Notes under the pieces: model-generated
Told to the model about the DNA's origin: nothing
Database searches by the model: none
The model's input: only the letters and a program-made list of their open reading frames with translations
In this document: positions 8,174-17,011 of the stretch, one piece after another
How the letters are laid out: every line of letters starts with the position of its first letter
Numbering within the stretch: position 1 is the stretch's first letter
Made by a program: the position numbers and the translations under genes
IMG/VR virus record: IMGVR_UViG_3300033066_001917
Location: 136,246-200,245 of that record
DNA length: 64,000 nucleotides
Origin: a virus
Taxonomy: Duplodnaviria > Caudoviricetes
Reading direction: 5' to 3' (one strand)

Positions 8174-8257
8174 TGTCCGGGGATGGAGTTGAACCACCCC
8201 ACAAAACCGTACGGCTTTTCACCATCATGTTTTATGGGCGCCCTTCGCGCCAGGGAC
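8174..8257 (-). ncRNA. degenerate tRNA-like element
   Basis: GCGC-GAAGG-GCGC hairpin, CCAT/ATGG stem, long extra arm, GGTGG-TTCAACT-CCATC T arm; imperfect acceptor. Confidence 0.45.
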
Positions 8258-8258
8258 C

Positions 8259-8408
8259 TGATTCATTGAATCTAATCAGAGTCGGGGAGTTGAATCCCGC
8301 GCAATTCATCCTGCCACCATGGCATCACGGACTCGAACCGTGCGGACTACTTTACCGAGGTCTCTCGGTTACGCCAACCGTGGATCTCTGATTAGATTCA
8401 ATGAATCA
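8259..8408 (-). ncRNA. structured RNA closed by a perfect 23-bp terminal stem
   Basis: inverted repeat 8259-8281/8386-8408 enclosing several hairpins, two with T-loop-like sequences. Confidence 0.65.
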
Positions 8409-8480
8409 TGGTGGAGGTAGAGGGAGTCGAACCCTCTCGTTTCGCGTGCAAGGCGAAACTCTAGCCCACTAGCTACCCCC
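8409..8480 (-). tRNA. tRNA-Ala (TGC)
   Basis: G3:U70, TTCGC-CTTGCAC-GCGAA, ACCA end; short D loop. Confidence 0.9.
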
Positions 8481-9021
8481 TTTCGTGATAGGGGACCATT
8501 CTTGTTTTCAAGGCATGGCACCAGACACATAAAACTTCAAGATTACTTAGATTATTGTTACTCCTGTTACCATCTATATGGTGAACATCAAGCATTCTAA
8601 TTTCTTTCCCATATCCGCAAAGGGAACAAATCGTACCGTGAAGCCCTAATGCTTTTGCTCTGTAAGAGGTTTTGCCCGTGGCATAATGATCAGGTTGAAC
8701 GGCTGTAATTCCACCAATATGTTGGGCTAGTTCTTTGCATTTTCTGTCGCAGAAAGATAATCCGGATTTTGATACACTTAATTTTGAGGGTATCCGAGCT
8801 ATGGTTTCACCGCACTGGGCACATTGTGTTGTGACTCTATTTTTTCGATGGAGAGACGAACAATGCCGACTGCAAAACACATTGCCCTTCAAAGTATGTT
8901 TTGGTCTATATGTGGGTTTCCCACATTGTAAACAGGATACCTGATATAACTTCCTTACACGGTTGTCATATTCTGACGAAACAATAGCAGTGGGGATCAT
9001 AATCTTATGTTTGCTATGCAA
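8473..9021 (-). CDS. HNH endonuclease with N-terminal Zn fingers
   Basis: LDVHHIDGNRSNNNLSNLEVLCVWCH; AT-richer than flanks; stop codon lies in tRNA-Ala. Confidence 0.88.
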   Translation of the reverse strand: MHSKHKIMIPTAIVSSEYDNRVRKLYQVSCLQCGKPTYRPKHTLKGNVFCSRHCSSLHRKNRVTTQCAQCGETIARIPSKLSVSKSGLSFCDRKCKELAQHIGGITAVQPDHYATGKTSYRAKALGLHGTICSLCGYGKEIRMLDVHHIDGNRSNNNLSNLEVLCVWCHALKTRMVPYHERG

Positions 9022-9309
9022 GGATTATGATCCCCACTTGGGGGTCATTGGATCTTACCCTTAATGACCCCCAAGTGATCGAGGAAATCGCCTTCTACGT
9101 TGCGGGGAGGGTGCGTGCCTCGAAGATGTCTTTTAGACCCATGCCAATCGCGTGGGCCAAACACGCATCGGCCGGGCTCGCATAGACCGGCTGCGAGGGG
9201 TTGCAAGGGGGGCAAGAGTGCCAACCACCACGCCAGGGCCATGCGAAAAAGATCCGCTTGGTCCCATCGAGGAATGTAATCTCGGCTCGACGTGCAGAAC
9301 ACATAGGTT

Positions 9310-9519
9310 TCACTCCTTCGGGGTGGTGGAGAGAGGGCCACACAGGAGAGACTCCAGGCTCAGGTCGTTGCCTGCCTGGAAAGTGAGGTAGGCAAGCTCA
9401 CGGGGAGACACCCCCTTGGCGAGGGCCGCCTCGAAGATGGGCCGGAGTGCAGAGCGAATCTCGTTCTCAAGGTGGAGAGCCTCGTTCGTGTAGTGGTGAT
9501 TGTTGTCGAAGAGTCCCAT
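9310..9519 (-). CDS. hypothetical protein (class-1 promoter gene)
   Basis: SD GGAAGG, motif at 9540-9567, GC-rich third positions. Confidence 0.6.
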   Translation of the reverse strand: MGLFDNNHHYTNEALHLENEIRSALRPIFEAALAKGVSPRELAYLTFQAGNDLSLESLLCGPLSTTPKE

Positions 9520-9539
9520 GATCTGCCTTCCTTCATCTC

Positions 9540-9567
9540 TATATCGACTGGGGGTGGTGGGAACCAA
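9540..9567 (-). promoter_or_regulatory. class-1 promoter-like motif TTGRTT-N11-CArYCGATATA (representative copy)
   Basis: about 15 similar copies upstream of SD-led genes; listed in findings. Confidence 0.72.
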
Positions 9568-9607
9568 TCGAAAACTAACCCAGGATGGTTTTTTTGTGGG
9601 GGTGAAA

Positions 9608-9973
9608 TCACCCCCACGTCACCACACCGATGTCCCCCGCACGGAGACCCAGTTCCCGGAGAAGATTGAGCTTCTCACTGAGATAACCCTTACGCCGACC
9701 GCAGTACACGACTTTGGCCCGACCAGGGGTGCAATCCTCTGTGGCCTCGATCGCCCCATCATCAATCCCGCCGTTGAGTGCCTTGTCGCACTTGGCGACA
9801 AGGTCACGACCACGAACCTCTCCGTAAAGGTCTCCATCCTGGCTACCACTCGGAAGGCCCACCGCGGACAGAACGTCCACCGCATTGGAATTGGACAGGT
9901 TGACGATCCGATCCCAGACGTTGGGGTCGTCATAATCGAGCTTCTCACCACGGATTCCGAACGTGACGCTCAT
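9608..9973 (-). CDS. hypothetical protein (class-1 promoter gene)
   Basis: motif copies near 10000 and 10064 upstream. Confidence 0.6.
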   Translation of the reverse strand: MSVTFGIRGEKLDYDDPNVWDRIVNLSNSNAVDVLSAVGLPSGSQDGDLYGEVRGRDLVAKCDKALNGGIDDGAIEATEDCTPGRAKVVYCGRRKGYLSEKLNLLRELGLRAGDIGVVTWG

Positions 9974-10092
9974 GATGCTTTCCCTTTACTTTCCGTCCCT
10001 ATATCGACTGGGATGAGGGGAATCAACCCGAAATCAACAGGAGACGTTCACCCACTCCCCTTTTGTATCGAGTGGGGACTCTCAAAACCAAG

Positions 10093-10548
10093 TCAAATGT
10101 TAGCGGAAAGAAGATTGCGGAGTTTTTCTGGCGCAAGCGGGATTGTATCGAGAAACCCCACCATCTCCTGACGGTACATTGATAAAAGGCGAGGGTTCCC
10201 ATCACGAAGACAGGACCGAACATTTGCAAGCCGATCCGCTGCCTTTACCGTCTGGGCATCACAATCACCCACCAGCTTCAGTTTGATACTTGCCTGCTTC
10301 TCTTTCCGGTTCCGACCGTAGCCCGAACACTTCTCCACCGTTGGAGCAGCGTGGGGGAATGCTTCCAGGAGCTCGGCGTAGAGAACAGGCGTGTCCTCCA
10401 GGACATCATGTAGATAACCGGCGTCTGAAAGATGACCCATCCCCTCGCTACGAAGGATACCCACCACTTCATCGAGATGATGAACGTAGGGGTGGGAACC
10501 ATACATCTGGCCCCGATGTGCATGTTCAGCATAGCTTCGAGCATCCAT
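10093..10548 (-). CDS. HD-domain small alarmone hydrolase ((p)ppGpp hydrolase, Mesh1/SpoT-HD-like)
   Basis: AHRGQ..PYVHHL, LHDVLEDT, VKAADRLAN. Confidence 0.85.
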   Translation of the reverse strand: MDARSYAEHAHRGQMYGSHPYVHHLDEVVGILRSEGMGHLSDAGYLHDVLEDTPVLYAELLEAFPHAAPTVEKCSGYGRNRKEKQASIKLKLVGDCDAQTVKAADRLANVRSCLRDGNPRLLSMYRQEMVGFLDTIPLAPEKLRNLLSANI

Positions 10549-10556
10549 AGGAATGC

Positions 10557-10560
10557 TTAC
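10557..10560 (-). promoter_or_regulatory. class-2 GTAA element 8 nt before ATG (representative copy)
   Basis: GTAA-N7-9-start recurs at 17 or more minus-strand genes. Confidence 0.65.
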
Positions 10561-11003
10561 GTTTGAGCCGTCAGTTCCAGGACACGCCACGAATAGAAAT
10601 CCGGAAGTTTTTCAGAGATGACCTTTAGAGTATTCCGGTCTCCCAGAATGATCATGGGTCCGCGGACAATGCTAGGGAGAACGTCTCGACTCAAATTGAG
10701 ACTTCCGAGGAGATTCAGCGTAGGGTCTTTCGCGAGGGGCTCAAGACCGTAGAGGACAACTCCTGCACGGGCCTCATTTTCAAGGGCCATTCTAACCTGA
10801 GCCGTCACGTAGTGGTTCGCGTGAACCCCCACGGGGATCAGAGGAGCAATCGGGTGATCTCCTCGGAGACTCCGAAGATAGGACACCATATCCTGGTGAG
10901 TATTTTCGGGGGCCTCAATAAAGACGATGCCGAAATTATCGGCGAGGTCTTCCAGAGTTACAAGGAGTGCTTGGCGGTCTTCCTGGGTGAGCATCACATC
11001 CAC
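10557..11003 (-). CDS. stand-alone inactive STAND/ATPase-like domain protein
   Basis: VVLYGLE..LNLSRDVL..PMIIL..LPDFYSWR resembles the LNxxRE..PDFxxWR N-terminal domain of bacterial TPR proteins. Confidence 0.5.
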   Translation of the reverse strand: MDVMLTQEDRQALLVTLEDLADNFGIVFIEAPENTHQDMVSYLRSLRGDHPIAPLIPVGVHANHYVTAQVRMALENEARAGVVLYGLEPLAKDPTLNLLGSLNLSRDVLPSIVRGPMIILGDRNTLKVISEKLPDFYSWRVLELTAQT

Positions 11004-11674
11004 CCGTGATGCGTTTCCATATCCATGTATGTGGAACGAAAACGAACACCGGCTTCCATGCCATCTACCACGTCTCGAAGGAGGTAGGTATCGCCACCAG
11101 CGGGATTCGGATGATTGGAAATCTCATCCATAATCCGGCGAAGAGCCTCTGGAACCGTAGCCTCGAACTTCTCACGGGTGACACTGGCACCAGGGTTGGA
11201 CGGGGAAAGGAAAGCGATGACCCAGGAACACTTCATGATGAAACCTCCATCCATGTATCGATTGACTAGTCCTCAAACCAACCCCAACCGTGATCAGGGT
11301 GGTATCCGACCCTTAAAACGTCTCCAGACTCAATACAAACGGCCGAAAATTGGTCCCCATCCTCTACCCACGTAGAAGATAGGATGAGGGACTGAAGTTT
11401 GGCGATGGTTTCGTCACGGGAACCATCGAAATCCGACCCGCAGTCCCTAACCGGGGTTAAAGAAGACGTGAATTCGATTCTCCATTTCACAGTGTTTTTA
11501 CCACGGTACGGAGAATGAGGACACGACTGCTGAGTTCAGCATATCGAACTGCCACCTGGAGAATATATTGTGCCTTCTCCGGGGTGATATTTTGGGTAGA
11601 CTCCCGAAGGCGATTTCCGGCCGCTTCGAGGGCTTCCTCCTGGATTTGGAGGATGTTCTGGATAACATCAGGGG

Positions 11675-12091
11675 TCATGTGCCACTCCACCGATAACATA
11701 CCTGAATCTCGGGAGCATACTTTTGAAAGTAAGCCTCCATGGTGGGGGCGTTCCAGGAGGCGTTGTAATATTCCGTACCCTCCCAATTCGGCAGCGCTCG
11801 GCCAAGGCGAGTTCCCAGGATCGTCAGGATCCGGGAGAACTGTTCACCGAAACCACCGTCCCCCTGGTTGGCCACACGATAGACCAGACGACCGTTTTTC
11901 TCGGCCTCGTCCATTACCCGACGCACGTGGCTCTGGAGCTCGGAATCCCCCCCAAGGAGACGAGTGAGCTCATCATCGCGATTCTCCCGGGTCACACCGG
12001 GGCACCAGATGGTGTTGGTGTCATCTTTGAGAGACCAAAGATCGGGGGACCTACAGAGACTGCTGACACTGACGAGAAGTCGAAGGTTCAT
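11675..12091 (-). CDS. hypothetical protein (class-1 promoter gene)
   Basis: ATG 12091 behind motif at about 12113-12140. Confidence 0.55.
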   Translation of the reverse strand: MNLRLLVSVSSLCRSPDLWSLKDDTNTIWCPGVTRENRDDELTRLLGGDSELQSHVRRVMDEAEKNGRLVYRVANQGDGGFGEQFSRILTILGTRLGRALPNWEGTEYYNASWNAPTMEAYFQKYAPEIQVCYRWSGT

Positions 12092-12143
12092 GATTGAGAC
12101 CCCTTTCCCCCATATATCGATTGGGGGAGATGAAAACCAACCC

Positions 12144-12497
12144 CTAAGCCTCGTAAATAGCCGAATACCACCCAGTGCAAGGTTCCGCTTGAACGCCGAT
12201 CTCGCGGAGAGCCCCGTCCATCTCATCCCGCACACTCTGCCACTCGGAGTTGTAGGAGAGGAAGTTGTAAAGGTCTCCACCATCGTATACAACGATAAGA
12301 AGAGACTTGGCCCCATAGGACTCCCCACGTTCCACCCACTCTTTGGGGGAGTAGAAAGCCCTGCACCCCCCTGTATCCGTCATCCCGTGTTTGGCGAGAA
12401 CTTTTTTGATCACGGCGGCAGCAGATCGCCCCTTCCGCGAAAGCCCCTTGGGAATGTCGAGACCTTTGGGTGATGTATTACTCTGGTCCATCGTCAT
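12144..12497 (-). CDS. hypothetical protein
   Basis: ATGA overlap with upstream gene; GC-rich third positions. Confidence 0.6.
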   Translation of the reverse strand: MTMDQSNTSPKGLDIPKGLSRKGRSAAAVIKKVLAKHGMTDTGGCRAFYSPKEWVERGESYGAKSLLIVVYDGGDLYNFLSYNSEWQSVRDEMDGALREIGVQAEPCTGWYSAIYEA

Positions 12498-12814
12498 CTC
12501 CGAATCATCTCTAGGGTTTCTACCACACCACTCACTACAACAGTGAGTTTGATGTGATCAACCATTTTGGCGTCAATCCAACATTCGGCTCGTGTGGAAT
12601 TCTTAGAGAACTCGTAGGTTTCCCTGACCCTTAGAATCCCATGATACAGAGTCCCCTGAACCAAGACGTAAGAATCGTCTTCTTCTCGGAAGGTGAAATG
12701 TGAGTTCTTCTTGAATTTCACCCCAAGAATTGCTTTGTTAGCGCTGGGGTGAAAGTTTACCGCCCCATTGAATGCAGACGGTGGAACCGACATCGGGAAA
12801 CTAGGGTCAGACAT
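12494..12814 (-). CDS. hypothetical protein
   Basis: starts right after tRNA-Arg. Confidence 0.5.
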   Translation of the reverse strand: MSDPSFPMSVPPSAFNGAVNFHPSANKAILGVKFKKNSHFTFREEDDSYVLVQGTLYHGILRVRETYEFSKNSTRAECWIDAKMVDHIKLTVVVSGVVETLEMIRR

Positions 12815-12818
12815 TTAG

Positions 12819-12891
12819 CACTGGCGGAGGGACTCGAACCCCCAACAACCCGGGTAGAAGCCGGGAACTCTATCCATTGAGCTACGCCAGC
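12819..12891 (-). tRNA. tRNA-Arg (TCT)
   Basis: CCCGG-CTTCTAC-CCGGG, canonical D and T arms. Confidence 0.92.
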
Positions 12892-12919
12892 ATTGGAGGC
12901 GGGGTGGGCCGCCCAGCGA

Positions 12920-13201
12920 TCACCGATTGATCATCGCCCAGAGATCCGAGCGAACCTCATCGAATTCACCGTGGAACCGATAACAGACACCCGCCCCATC
13001 CAGGCAGGCGACGGGATTCAGGTTGTCGATCTTCTCTACCTCCATCTCGGCGGTCATGGTAGAAACGGCAACCCGAACATTACCCCAGACATCGTATCGA
13101 TACTGGTCACCATCCAAGGTGGACCATGTGTTGGAGCCCTCCCCATGCGAACGAACATAAGCACGAACCTGATTGAGAAGCTCAGAATTGGTGATTCCCA
13201 T
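12920..13201 (-). CDS. hypothetical protein (class-1 promoter gene)
   Basis: GGAG SD, motif 13219-13246. Confidence 0.6.
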   Translation of the reverse strand: MGITNSELLNQVRAYVRSHGEGSNTWSTLDGDQYRYDVWGNVRVAVSTMTAEMEVEKIDNLNPVACLDGAGVCYRFHGEFDEVRSDLWAMINR

Positions 13202-13252
13202 GGCGATTTCTCCACCCATATATCGATTCGGTTTGAATTACACCAAGAGAAA

Positions 13253-13831
13253 TCAAACCGATCCGTCTCCTTTTACGATTTGCCAGGGGCTACCGGAGAC
13301 CGACATCTCGACCAGCATTCCGGAATCCAGAGCGGAGTTCTCTTTGACACTATTCCGGATTCTCGTGATACCGAAGTATTTCATGGTAGCCAGAGCCACG
13401 CGAAGGCTAGCCCGGCTAGCCATCTCCCGAATGTCCGGGTCGTGCCGACGAGGGCCAAAGTACCCCGCAAGGCATTCGATAGCCTTAGCATAGGCATCGT
13501 TCAGGCGCATGGAACGGTCTGTGCGCCACCCGAATTTGGGATTCCGAAGGAATCCTAGGGTGATCGGGGGGCATTCCGTGACCGTTTTATTGACGGTTGC
13601 GTTGTTAGTGTATCGAAATCGAAGAACCGGAACTTCTTCCCCGTTCCGAAAAGCCCGAGCGGGGTAGGGCGGATCGGTATCGAAAACCGAGAATACCATA
13701 TCATCCTCGAAGGTACCCACAGCGTGGGGGTCCTTCTCTGTGACAAAAGCCTTCTTTCCCGTCTTCCGAACGGTGATGTTCTCGATTCGATCCGTACCCT
13801 CAAAATGGAGAGTCCACACAGCGGTCTTCAT
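13253..13831 (-). CDS. hypothetical protein (class-1 promoter gene)
   Basis: GAGGG SD, motif near 13846. Confidence 0.6.
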   Translation of the reverse strand: MKTAVWTLHFEGTDRIENITVRKTGKKAFVTEKDPHAVGTFEDDMVFSVFDTDPPYPARAFRNGEEVPVLRFRYTNNATVNKTVTECPPITLGFLRNPKFGWRTDRSMRLNDAYAKAIECLAGYFGPRRHDPDIREMASRASLRVALATMKYFGITRIRNSVKENSALDSGMLVEMSVSGSPWQIVKGDGSV

Positions 13832-13867
13832 AGTTCCCTCTGACGTATATCGACTGAGAAGTAGGAA

Positions 13868-14695
13868 TTAAAACTCGTATTTTGTGTGGATCAGCTTGTC
13901 ACTCACAAACCCAGAAGCATGGGGGTGACCACCCCCACTCCCAAATGCCTTAGGGACCAACACAGACAGATCAACCCCATCCTTGGCGTTCCGAAAAGAG
14001 TAGGCCCACCGACCATCCTCGGTCGGTCTCCACGAGAAGGCAAAGAGGAACCCAATCCCAGCTTGATTGAGAACATCGCTTGTAAGGTTACGTGAGCAAC
14101 TAACACCCGGAACAGGAACATCAATTCCTGGAAAGGTGTAAAGGGCCACCCGTGCCAACGTAGCCTCCACCTCTTGACGGTGAATCTCTAGGAGGTGGGC
14201 CCCTTCTTTCTTAGCAAGCTCTAGTCCACGGCTATAGAAGGAGTCCAGATCCTCAAGGGTGTAGCACTGAGAAAGAGCCGCCGCTACAGCTCGGGATTCG
14301 GGAAGGTTGTGTCGATAAAGATCTAGGGCCTCCGCATAGTTCACGAGCCACGGGCGCTCTGTACCACAATAGATATCCCACGTAAGGCCCGATCCAGAAC
14401 GGTTGTCATCATAAAAAACCGTAGCCCCGTCTACTTCGAGAAGTGTAGGGTGGGCCGTGGAATGATGATCCGCTACTTCCACCTTTCGCGCGCGGGTGAT
14501 AACATCTCTGTACCGATCCGCGGTAGGCACAATGTCCAGAAAGTAAACATCCTTACCCACCACATCCTCATCCAGAAGAGGAGTAGCGTGCGCCAGTGGG
14601 ACGAAATTGATGTTGTTGCCGAACGCCTCACGAAGCGACCAAGCAGCAACCAGACCGTCGGTGCAGGGGTGGTGATAGTAGACTGTCTTTGACAT
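13868..14695 (-). CDS. DHH/DHHA1 phosphoesterase (NrnB-like)
   Basis: YHHPCTDG, YFLD, DHH, GGGHPHASG. Confidence 0.88.
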   Translation of the reverse strand: MSKTVYYHHPCTDGLVAAWSLREAFGNNINFVPLAHATPLLDEDVVGKDVYFLDIVPTADRYRDVITRARKVEVADHHSTAHPTLLEVDGATVFYDDNRSGSGLTWDIYCGTERPWLVNYAEALDLYRHNLPESRAVAAALSQCYTLEDLDSFYSRGLELAKKEGAHLLEIHRQEVEATLARVALYTFPGIDVPVPGVSCSRNLTSDVLNQAGIGFLFAFSWRPTEDGRWAYSFRNAKDGVDLSVLVPKAFGSGGGHPHASGFVSDKLIHTKYEF

Positions 14696-14742
14696 GGTTG
14701 GATCCCGTTGGGAAGAAGAATTCGGAAAGCTGCCGCTCTCCG

Positions 14743-14819
14743 TGGCACCCTCAGAAGGACTTGAACCTTCGACCTTCCGGTTCGTAGCCGGACGCTCTAA
14801 TCCACTGAGCTATGGGGGC
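14743..14819 (-). tRNA. tRNA-Arg (ACG)
   Basis: TCCGG-CTACGAA-CCGGA, GCCA end. Confidence 0.93.
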
Positions 14820-14824
14820 ATGAG

Positions 14825-14899
14825 CCCGCCCAACGGGATTTGAACCCGTGATCTCCGGTGTGACAGACCGGCGGCCACTCCTAGCTGGCCCATGAGCGG
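14825..14899 (-). tRNA. tRNA-Asp (GTC)
   Basis: CCGGT-CTGTCAC-ACCGG, G73. Confidence 0.92.
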
Positions 14900-14900
14900 A

Positions 14901-15428
14901 TTAGTTAACATCAACCTGGAGGGTTACTGCCTCCGGGATCAGTTTTCTCTTACGGGGTTTTGGATCTTTCTGAACTTTGGTACCTCGATTTTTCCTGCCC
15001 CACGTTGGAGTCTGACTGTGGCAGTTGGGGCACAAAAATCGAAGGTTGGAAATTCGGTTATCATCTCGAATACCATTTTTGTGGTCTAATTGCAGTGTTA
15101 ATGGCTTACCGTTGTATTCCGGTCCTATTCCACATTCCTCACATTGGTGTTTCTTGTAGCCACCTTTCAGGAATCTAGACCGAAGAGTGGATCCATCTAC
15201 CTCGGACCCTAATCGGAATAACATAGTCTCTGCAACTTTTGGGAAACGTCCGTTGCAAATAGGTTTAATAAAGTGACTTGTATCTAAACCAAGGGCTAGA
15301 ATAACTCGCCTCAAAGCAGATCGGTTGGCCCCTGTTTTCACAAGGTTCAATTTTTTCAAGGTTTGTGATAAATTAGAGGACTTGGCAATCGCTAAAATAA
15401 GCTGTTCGGTATCCCATTTTCTCTTCAT
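14901..15428 (-). CDS. HNH endonuclease
   Basis: CEECG..LQLDHKNGIRDDNRISNLRFLCPNCHSQT. Confidence 0.9.
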   Translation of the reverse strand: MKRKWDTEQLILAIAKSSNLSQTLKKLNLVKTGANRSALRRVILALGLDTSHFIKPICNGRFPKVAETMLFRLGSEVDGSTLRSRFLKGGYKKHQCEECGIGPEYNGKPLTLQLDHKNGIRDDNRISNLRFLCPNCHSQTPTWGRKNRGTKVQKDPKPRKRKLIPEAVTLQVDVN

Positions 15429-15485
15429 CCTGTATATTACGCCCCTTACAATTCGACCTGTGATGGTTTGTTTTCCGGGTACACC

Positions 15486-15707
15486 TCAATTGTAATCTTG
15501 GGGGACCTCGCAGTATTCCTGCCGGTCGTACCCGGCATCATTGACCCACTGGAGCTCGTAAACCCGGCCCCATGAACGACCCTCCCCGTCCGGGTCCAGG
15601 ATGGACTCCATGATGATGGGAGGTACTCCGAAAGTACCCGCCACACGGATAGCTTCGGCAAGGTTGGAACACTTGATACCACGAACAACGAACAGGTTAG
15701 TTTCCAT
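15486..15707 (-). CDS. hypothetical protein (class-1 promoter gene)
   Basis: GAGG SD, motif near 15752. Confidence 0.55.
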   Translation of the reverse strand: METNLFVVRGIKCSNLAEAIRVAGTFGVPPIIMESILDPDGEGRSWGRVYELQWVNDAGYDRQEYCEVPQDYN

Positions 15708-15823
15708 GATGTCCTCGCTCTAGAACCACGAACCTCTGACGGCTCCAACCCAATATCGGTTGAGTTGGTTAGAACTCAACCCGTGGGTCTAGATCCGGAT
15801 GTGGAAAATCGGACTGGTTGGGG

Positions 15824-16459
15824 TTATAGGTTGCGATACGCAGTGGGAACGATTGTATCCGGTGCGTGAGTCCGAAGCCATTTTAGCATTTCGATTGCAA
15901 TGCTATGTGGTGGTGTAGCCCCGGTTGCAGAAGCAGAGAGAGCACTGTTCACGATGGCCCTTCCGAATTTCTTGTGCTCCTCGTCCAGATGATACAAGTC
16001 GGAGGAGGTGACTCCAGCCTCTGTTGCTGAGGGTAGAACTCCGGTCACCAGATATCTAACCCATAAACCAACCCCACCGGCATCCGCTTCTCTTAAGGAT
16101 CGCCAGTCGGGGTCTGTGTAATCCACCCCAGCCTGGAAAGGTCCGTTCTTATCAATTTGCACTTTATGCACCAGTTCGTGAGCCAAAGTGGAAATGTACA
16201 GGTCGCCGCTGGAGACAGCATACTCGGAAAGGAGTATCAGGGTCTTTCCAGGGAAGGGGATCGTCAGGGATACGTTTTTCATCCGGTCCCCAACTAGAGA
16301 CTTTGCAGAAGTCAAAGGGCCCACTACACCAGGAATAAGGGATAGGGAAGCCTCCAGGATAGATAGATACTTCCTAGCCTCTTCCGGCTCCAGAACCTTA
16401 ACGTCGTGGGTGGCTTCAAATTCCTCCGCGCAAAACCGGCCTACGTCAAGTCCGATCAT
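15824..16459 (-). CDS. putative Zn metallopeptidase-fold protein
   Basis: LAHELVH (HExxH) followed by READA. Confidence 0.55.
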   Translation of the reverse strand: MIGLDVGRFCAEEFEATHDVKVLEPEEARKYLSILEASLSLIPGVVGPLTSAKSLVGDRMKNVSLTIPFPGKTLILLSEYAVSSGDLYISTLAHELVHKVQIDKNGPFQAGVDYTDPDWRSLREADAGGVGLWVRYLVTGVLPSATEAGVTSSDLYHLDEEHKKFGRAIVNSALSASATGATPPHSIAIEMLKWLRTHAPDTIVPTAYRNL

Positions 16460-16689
16460 GGGTACACCGTCCCTCGAACACAAGTAGCCTCACCCCTCAC
16501 CATATGACAATGTTGACCGGGTACCCGATTGCACGGACCATCACCAGTTGGATACCATCTGGTTGGGGTGCTTGGGGAGCAAATGTGAGGTTGGTCACCC
16601 TCACACTTCCAGGCGTAGGGTTCACAGTTGGCCACTTCTGGCCTATTCACGCAACCAAGTAGTAACAGAAGACAGAAAAAGTACCTCAT
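16456..16689 (-). CDS. small Cys-rich lipoprotein
   Basis: lipobox LLLGC and six further Cys. Confidence 0.65.
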   Translation of the reverse strand: MRYFFCLLLLLGCVNRPEVANCEPYAWKCEGDQPHICSPSTPTRWYPTGDGPCNRVPGQHCHMVRGEATCVRGTVYP

Positions 16690-16736
16690 TGGTTCCTTCC
16701 TTCCATGGAGTAAATCCTAGAAGGAAGGAACCGAGG

Positions 16737-16811
16737 TGGTGCCCCAGGGTGGGTTCGAACCACCATTTCCCCCCTGGTTGGAGGGCGTCCTGTCCATTAG
16801 ACGACCGGAGC
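16737..16811 (-). tRNA. atypical tRNA, nominal anticodon ACC with A33
   Basis: full cloverleaf with ACCA end; arm CCCTC-CAACCAG-GGGGG. Confidence 0.72.
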
Positions 16812-16869
16812 AAACGAACACCAGAATGTCACAGACCTTGACTCTTTGTGGAGTCGGAGGGAAACTTCT

Positions 16870-16944
16870 TGGCGCCGCTAGCGGGAATCGAACCCGCGTT
16901 TCCAGAGTGAGAGTCTGATGTCCTAACCATTAGACGATAGCGGC
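16870..16944 (-). tRNA. tRNA-Glu (CTC)
   Basis: TCAGA-CTCTCAC-TCTGG, GCCA end. Confidence 0.93.
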
Positions 16945-16964
16945 GGTTCCGGATTCTACATCCG

Positions 16965-17011
16965 GGGGCGCGGCAACCGTCATCTCACTATTTAGACGGT
17001 TGCCGCGCCCC
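16965..17011. repeat. 17-bp perfect inverted repeat (strong hairpin)
   Basis: GGGGCGCGGCAACCGTC-N13-GACGGTTGCCGCGCCCC. Confidence 0.8.

Noticed and set aside
8343-8355. RNase P RNA because of AAAGTAGTCCG
   Set aside because: Does not match GAGGAAAGTCC, the element is too short and the 3' P4 strand is absent
4667-8391. ORFs spanning tRNA genes (4667..4906, 5626..5994, 6353..6559, 6958..7290, 7619..7840, 8068..8391)
   Set aside because: Read-throughs of RNA genes with no protein-like features
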